From sequence record PV754031.1: a DNA stretch of 64,000 nt; one strand, 5' to 3'. Below are positions 59,755-64,000 of the stretch, piece by piece. The notes under the pieces were generated by a model. It saw nothing but the letters and a program-made list of their open reading frames with translations. It had not been told where the DNA came from and made no database searches. Every line of letters begins with the position of its first letter. The first letter of the stretch is position 1. The translations under genes and the position numbers were made by a program.

Positions 59755-60225
59755 TTACGGGGTATACACGGGAATATCAGCCGTCTTAATAGGTGAGTCA
59801 ACTCGAATATAATAAGTGATTGGTACAGACAGGCTATACCCACGGATATTTAAAATCCCTGTAGATGAATCGAGATCCCAACCAATACTAGCAGAAGCGC
59901 TAATAAGCTTACCACTAGTAGGACTAGTAGTTTCAGGGTCGATAATCTTGAGATCAACGATGGCTGTAGCCAGAGTATAATCACCCATAGAAGTAATAAC
60001 TTTGGAAAGATCATAAGTAACTACATCTCCTGGGTTTAATGTACCAGTTTGAAATAGAATTGGTTTTAAACCAGTACTAGGACCTGGACCAGGGCCACCA
60101 CCAGATTCTAGGATGGTTGTTACTTTGTCAACCCACCTTAAAATCGCATTATACATTTCTTCACTGGTGGCTTCAGGCCCAAGAATAAGATCTTCACCAG
60201 TATTAGATGAATGTGGATCAGACAT
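59755..60225 (-). CDS. Virion structural protein (phiKZ gp202-like)
   Basis: 156 aa; GGGPGPGP linker then a beta-rich domain; AGGAG RBS. Confidence 0.7.
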   Translation of the reverse strand: MSDPHSSNTGEDLILGPEATSEEMYNAILRWVDKVTTILESGGGPGPGPSTGLKPILFQTGTLNPGDVVTYDLSKVITSMGDYTLATAIVDLKIIDPETTSPTSGKLISASASIGWDLDSSTGILNIRGYSLSVPITYYIRVDSPIKTADIPVYTP

Positions 60226-60236
60226 TTCTGTCTCCT

Positions 60237-62348
60237 TTAAAACCGCATATATGCGGGCTGATATGGTTTATACATACGTGTATCAAAGTCATTAAAATCA
60301 ATTGCGATATCATACTTCTCAAATGATTCTTTTAGCATCTGATAAATGATTTTATTTTCATCAAAATTATTATTTTTATCAACATAACTTTCTAATGACT
60401 CTGTGATCTCAAATGGAGATTTAATACCCATAATAGCTTCAACCATTGCCTGACTCCATTTTAGAATGTCATCTGACCTTGTTGAGATATTCGGTTCATC
60501 TTCTGTATCGAGAGTACATTGATATACGACTGTTTGTGAATCCTGACCTTTACGGTAAATTCGAGCAATAGCTTGTTCTAGAATGTAATGCCTAAACGGT
60601 GAATTAATTGTCACCATAGTATCAGCCATCGTCATACGGACCGCTGTTGAAAGGGAAGCATATGTAGCTACCAATGGATTTAATTTAGGGTCTTTCTCAA
60701 ATCTACTGATTATTTGAGGTAAATTGTCATTGGTTTTACCATACACCACCGCCGGATGCATACCTAATTTATTGGTGTACTTATCAACAGTATCAACAAC
60801 CTCAACAAACGATGTAAATGCAATCGTTTTCTTCATAGTTGATTCAGTGATACCAACCCAGTCAATATACGGTACCATGTCCACATGGCACTGAATGCGT
60901 TTAGCACCTAAAACCCTTCCCAAACATTCACCTTGTATCTTTAGCATAACGTATTTTATAACTGATTTAATATCTCTAAAAGCAGCTATTTCATTACGAG
61001 GTAAAGTTGGCTCTATAAACATTTTTTCATATTGGTTAGATTCTTTAATTTCTTCACCAATGTATCGCGGGTCTTGATTCTTCTGAATTATTTTAATCAA
61101 ATTCTTATAGCGAGCGAAACCATCTTTCTGCGCCTGGGTCTTAAGAGAGTTCTCGTGTATCGCCATTAGTTTAGCCCAATACTTCTCATCTTCTGGTCGG
61201 CGCGCAGCATAGAACTTTACACGTTCTCTAATAAAAGCTTCACAATCACGTTTAATGGCATTAAGAGTATACTGTGATCCATTTGGTATCTTGATACGAT
61301 ACGCTTTTATCCTCGGTGGTAAAACCTCAGTATCTTTCTTTTCAATGACGTACGCAATTAACCCAAAGCGATGTTGGACAATATCTAATCCTTTCTGTGT
61401 CTCTTTTCCAAATGCTTTCTTAAAACGTTCTTCAACCTCATTGGTGAAGAGATCGTCTAATACTCTTAATGCACTTACTAATTCAGAACCAAGTGCTTTA
61501 ACAGGGGTACCTGACGCTAATAATCTGTTATTAGAGTTAGACATAAAACATATTTGCTGGAACTTAAGAGATTGTGCAGAATTAGGATCGTTCATATTGT
61601 GTGATTCATCCAGAATCACCGTAATGTTCTTACCTTTGAATATACCGCTTCTTAATAGATCAATTATTTTATCTTGCGCCTGGTAATGGGATATAAGTAT
61701 TCTTTGACCGTTGTAGGCTTTATCATCAATGGTCGACCATACTTTTTGTCTTTCCTTATACATCTCAATAATAGATGGCTTCCATATTAGATCAATAGAC
61801 TTCTTTTCACAAACAACTATAATGATATCCGACTCAACCATTTCAGCAATAGCCATCGTCATGAATGTCTTACCAGTACCAGGTTTACCTGCAACAATAT
61901 CACCACGTAAACCATACTGGTCAATTCGATAATTATAATTTTCAAAATAAGCTTTTTGAGACTCATCTGGTGTAAATGTCAATTTGTCTAACATCTTGAA
62001 ATTGAGTCTACCTGGTACAGAGTTGGTATCTACAGGACGAGTATTTTTTAACCAGGTATATTGAAGCATTGCTTCACGGATGGCATTAACAGTTTTAATA
62101 GAGATGTATCTACTTCTATAATTCTTTACTGCTTCTAGCATGTAATATATTTCAGGAGCAAAGAATTTATAAAATGAAATACTACGACGACTAACCGTGT
62201 TAAATAACTGCGTAGCTAATTTAGTGGTTCGCCAATACTTGTTAATATCTCTAATGAATGCAGCACCATCAAAACCACTGATGATAATTTCTTGATCAGT
62301 TTCAGTAATTGATAGCGAGCCCATTAGCTTCCTAAATGAGTCTATCAT
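60237..62348 (-). CDS. SF2 (SNF2-like) helicase/ATPase (phiKZ gp203-like)
   Basis: GKPGTGKT, DESH, ASGTP and QAIARIYRKGQ helicase motifs. Confidence 0.88.
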   Translation of the reverse strand: MIDSFRKLMGSLSITETDQEIIISGFDGAAFIRDINKYWRTTKLATQLFNTVSRRSISFYKFFAPEIYYMLEAVKNYRSRYISIKTVNAIREAMLQYTWLKNTRPVDTNSVPGRLNFKMLDKLTFTPDESQKAYFENYNYRIDQYGLRGDIVAGKPGTGKTFMTMAIAEMVESDIIIVVCEKKSIDLIWKPSIIEMYKERQKVWSTIDDKAYNGQRILISHYQAQDKIIDLLRSGIFKGKNITVILDESHNMNDPNSAQSLKFQQICFMSNSNNRLLASGTPVKALGSELVSALRVLDDLFTNEVEERFKKAFGKETQKGLDIVQHRFGLIAYVIEKKDTEVLPPRIKAYRIKIPNGSQYTLNAIKRDCEAFIRERVKFYAARRPEDEKYWAKLMAIHENSLKTQAQKDGFARYKNLIKIIQKNQDPRYIGEEIKESNQYEKMFIEPTLPRNEIAAFRDIKSVIKYVMLKIQGECLGRVLGAKRIQCHVDMVPYIDWVGITESTMKKTIAFTSFVEVVDTVDKYTNKLGMHPAVVYGKTNDNLPQIISRFEKDPKLNPLVATYASLSTAVRMTMADTMVTINSPFRHYILEQAIARIYRKGQDSQTVVYQCTLDTEDEPNISTRSDDILKWSQAMVEAIMGIKSPFEITESLESYVDKNNNFDENKIIYQMLKESFEKYDIAIDFNDFDTRMYKPYQPAYMRF

Positions 62349-62429
62349 TGCATTTTTCCTTAAGGGGTATGTAAATATAATTCTAAGTCATAAGATTAGC
62401 TAACGAATAAAAATACGCACAGTGCAATG

Positions 62430-62615
62430 ATATAGAGCAAGGCAGTTTGCGTAAAACGCACTGCACTTTAAGGGGGTGATCCAGTCGTAAATAAACCGGG
62501 GTACTAAAGTATCGTCAGGAACGACACGAACCCCAACTACGGTGCCTTGCTACTCACCGACCTCTAGATAGGGGTCGGACCTATTACATTAAAGGAGCCC
62601 ACCAGGGGCTCCTTT
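62430..62615 (+). ncRNA. Candidate structured non-coding RNA (family unknown)
   Basis: GC-rich intergenic segment: closing stem 62436-44/62543-51, internal stems, hairpin 62557-78, terminal hairpin 62591-615. Confidence 0.5.
62591..62615. terminator. Symmetric intrinsic terminator
   Basis: AAAGGAGCCC-ACCAG-GGGCTCCTTT. Confidence 0.8.
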
Positions 62616-62627
62616 ATGCCATTCATT

Positions 62628-62652
62628 ATAAATTAATTTAAATCTATATTAC
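62628..62652 (+). promoter_or_regulatory. phiKZ-type early promoter
   Basis: AT-tract..TTAAATC-TATATTAC (octamer at 62645-62652) upstream of the ORF at 62699. Confidence 0.7.
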
Positions 62653-62698
62653 AGGATTACCATAAAGATATTTATCCTTTTATAATGAGGAAAAGATT

Positions 62699-63094
62699 AT
62701 GTCCGATATTAATAGCACCAATGTAACAGATGAATTAGTACCTTATTTTCCATCGGCGGATGCCATTACTAGTTCTACTATTAGGGATGAAGTAATTCCT
62801 AATATTTTGTTATTCTACAAGAATGCTTTTAGTGACTTCCAACACGTTAGAAATATCACAGGTACTAACCAGATTGCATCAGGTTATTTACCAGGTGTAG
62901 GTTATTATTTCGAGTATAGTGTTACCGGTAATGCTAATCTTATTCCACCTGAAGCAATTAAAGTATTACGTAATGTAATCACTAAAAATGGATATAAAGA
63001 TGACATTACCATCACACCAAAAGGTTTTGGCCTAATCAATTGGTTCATTGTAAGAGTATACGTAGATGAGCAAATTAAGAAGACTACTCAATAA
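62699..63094 (+). CDS. Early hypothetical protein
   Basis: 131 aa, GAGGA RBS. Confidence 0.75.
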   Translation: MSDINSTNVTDELVPYFPSADAITSSTIRDEVIPNILLFYKNAFSDFQHVRNITGTNQIASGYLPGVGYYFEYSVTGNANLIPPEAIKVLRNVITKNGYKDDITITPKGFGLINWFIVRVYVDEQIKKTTQ

Positions 63095-63242
63095 AGAATT
63101 AGAAAAAGAGTTAGTTAAAAAACTAGATTTTCTAGAACGTGATTTTAGAGCTATAAAAGAAGTTATCAAAACTGGAAAATATCCTGATCCTGTTAATCCG
63201 AATCGCAGACAAAGTGATTATGATTTATCTTTTAATAATTAA
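63066..63242 (+). CDS. Small hypothetical protein, 58 aa (missed by ORF track)
   Basis: MSKLRRLLNKELEKELVKKLDFLERDFRAIKEVIKTGKYPDPVNPNRRQSDYDLSFNN fills the gap between two genes. Confidence 0.55.
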   Translation: MSKLRRLLNKELEKELVKKLDFLERDFRAIKEVIKTGKYPDPVNPNRRQSDYDLSFNN

Positions 63243-63258
63243 CCTATAAGAGGATGCT

Positions 63259-63660
63259 ATGGAAATCACATTTCCATCTGTAAAAGAAGTAATGACAACT
63301 GATCCAGCATTTATTGATTTGGTTCTGAAAAGTAAATTACTTACTATCCGTAAAGCAATGATTGATGTTATTCGAAACATTGAGAATACATCACTAGCAT
63401 CTAGTAGGCTTGTTAAACAGAAAAGCTATCCATATCAAACTACTTTCGAACTTGTATTTAACCCAAAGGTTTTTAAATGGTTTGATAAAACAGATGCTAT
63501 CAATATTAAAAATATTCTTCATGCTGAAGTAGTTAACCAGGATTGGGAGAGTATTGATATTTCTTATAATGGTAGGGATATACATGGTTTTGAAAAAGTG
63601 ACTATTGTATTAACTCCTATGAAAGATGAAGCTATTAAATATGATCTTTCAAAAGCATGA
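63259..63660 (+). CDS. Early hypothetical protein
   Basis: 133 aa, GAGGA RBS. Confidence 0.75.
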   Translation: MEITFPSVKEVMTTDPAFIDLVLKSKLLTIRKAMIDVIRNIENTSLASSRLVKQKSYPYQTTFELVFNPKVFKWFDKTDAINIKNILHAEVVNQDWESIDISYNGRDIHGFEKVTIVLTPMKDEAIKYDLSKA

Positions 63661-63676
63661 ATTAAGATAACATATA

Positions 63677-63698
63677 CCCTCCCCTTTATTGGGGAGGG
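63677..63698 (+). terminator. Intrinsic terminator
   Basis: CCCTCCCC-TTTATT-GGGGAGGG then ATTATTT. Confidence 0.8.
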
Positions 63699-63902
63699 AT
63701 TATTTACTCATATGTTTAATAGAATAAGGACTCTACCTTGGAATAATGCTAATGCTCTTCACCAGAGAAAAGAGATATATAGATAGACGTATTACACATT
63801 ATCAGGTTGAGTAGTAAATTAAAACAACCAATAATACGTTATTCAATATTGAAATAGTTGTTATAAAACATTTATATTAATCTAATACAGGAAATAAAGA
63901 AA

Positions 63903-64000
63903 ATGGGTGATTATGTATATTTAGAAACTCAAGCTAAAGTAAATAATGAATGGATTGGTATCGAAGATATTGAACTAACACAGAATTATGATCTTTATGC
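63903..64000 (+). CDS. Hypothetical protein, 3'-truncated
   Basis: MGDYVYLETQAKVNNEWIGIEDIELTQNYDLY runs off the window end; AGGA upstream. Confidence 0.55.
   Translation, partial: MGDYVYLETQAKVNNEWIGIEDIELTQNYDLY

Noticed and set aside
62414-62470. ACGCACAG resembling the start of a c-di-GMP-I riboswitch
   Set aside because: The GNRA tetraloop/receptor and the remaining consensus are absent. No SRP, 6S, tRNA or hammerhead core was recognised either.

Overview
AT-rich, densely coding 64 kb segment of a nucleus-forming jumbo myophage of the phiKZ group (Pseudomonas phage phiKZ or a very close relative). Gene order and sizes match my recollection of the phiKZ gp145-gp205 region. It encodes a collagen-like tail fibre, four pieces of the split virion RNA polymerase (beta-N, beta-C, beta'-N with DFDGD, and probably beta'-C), UvsX/RecA, RNase H, SbcC, a PAAR + central spike pair, inner-head proteins, the prohead protease, the 2236-aa tail lytic transglycosylase, thymidylate kinase, a DEDDh exonuclease and an SF2 helicase. 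Early-gene islands are driven by TATATTAC promoters, all on the + strand. No tRNA, rRNA, CRISPR array or transposon was seen. Highlights: (1) a late-operon protein whose C-terminal half is a Tad1-like immune-signal sponge, fused to an acidic propeptide with head-protease motifs, suggesting a virion-packaged anti-Thoeris/CBASS factor; (2) a GC-rich multi-stem candidate ncRNA at about 62430-62615; (3) a candidate i-spanin/o-spanin pair; (4) an uninterrupted vRNAP beta' gene with an anomalous GC3-rich patch exactly on the catalytic motif; (5) an orphan HigA-like HTH protein; (6) an early operon of membrane-anchored proteins; (7) a 58-aa conserved basic protein missed by the ORF track; (8) a sequence-conserved bidirectional terminator family. 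All family assignments come from motif recognition and memory, not database searches.
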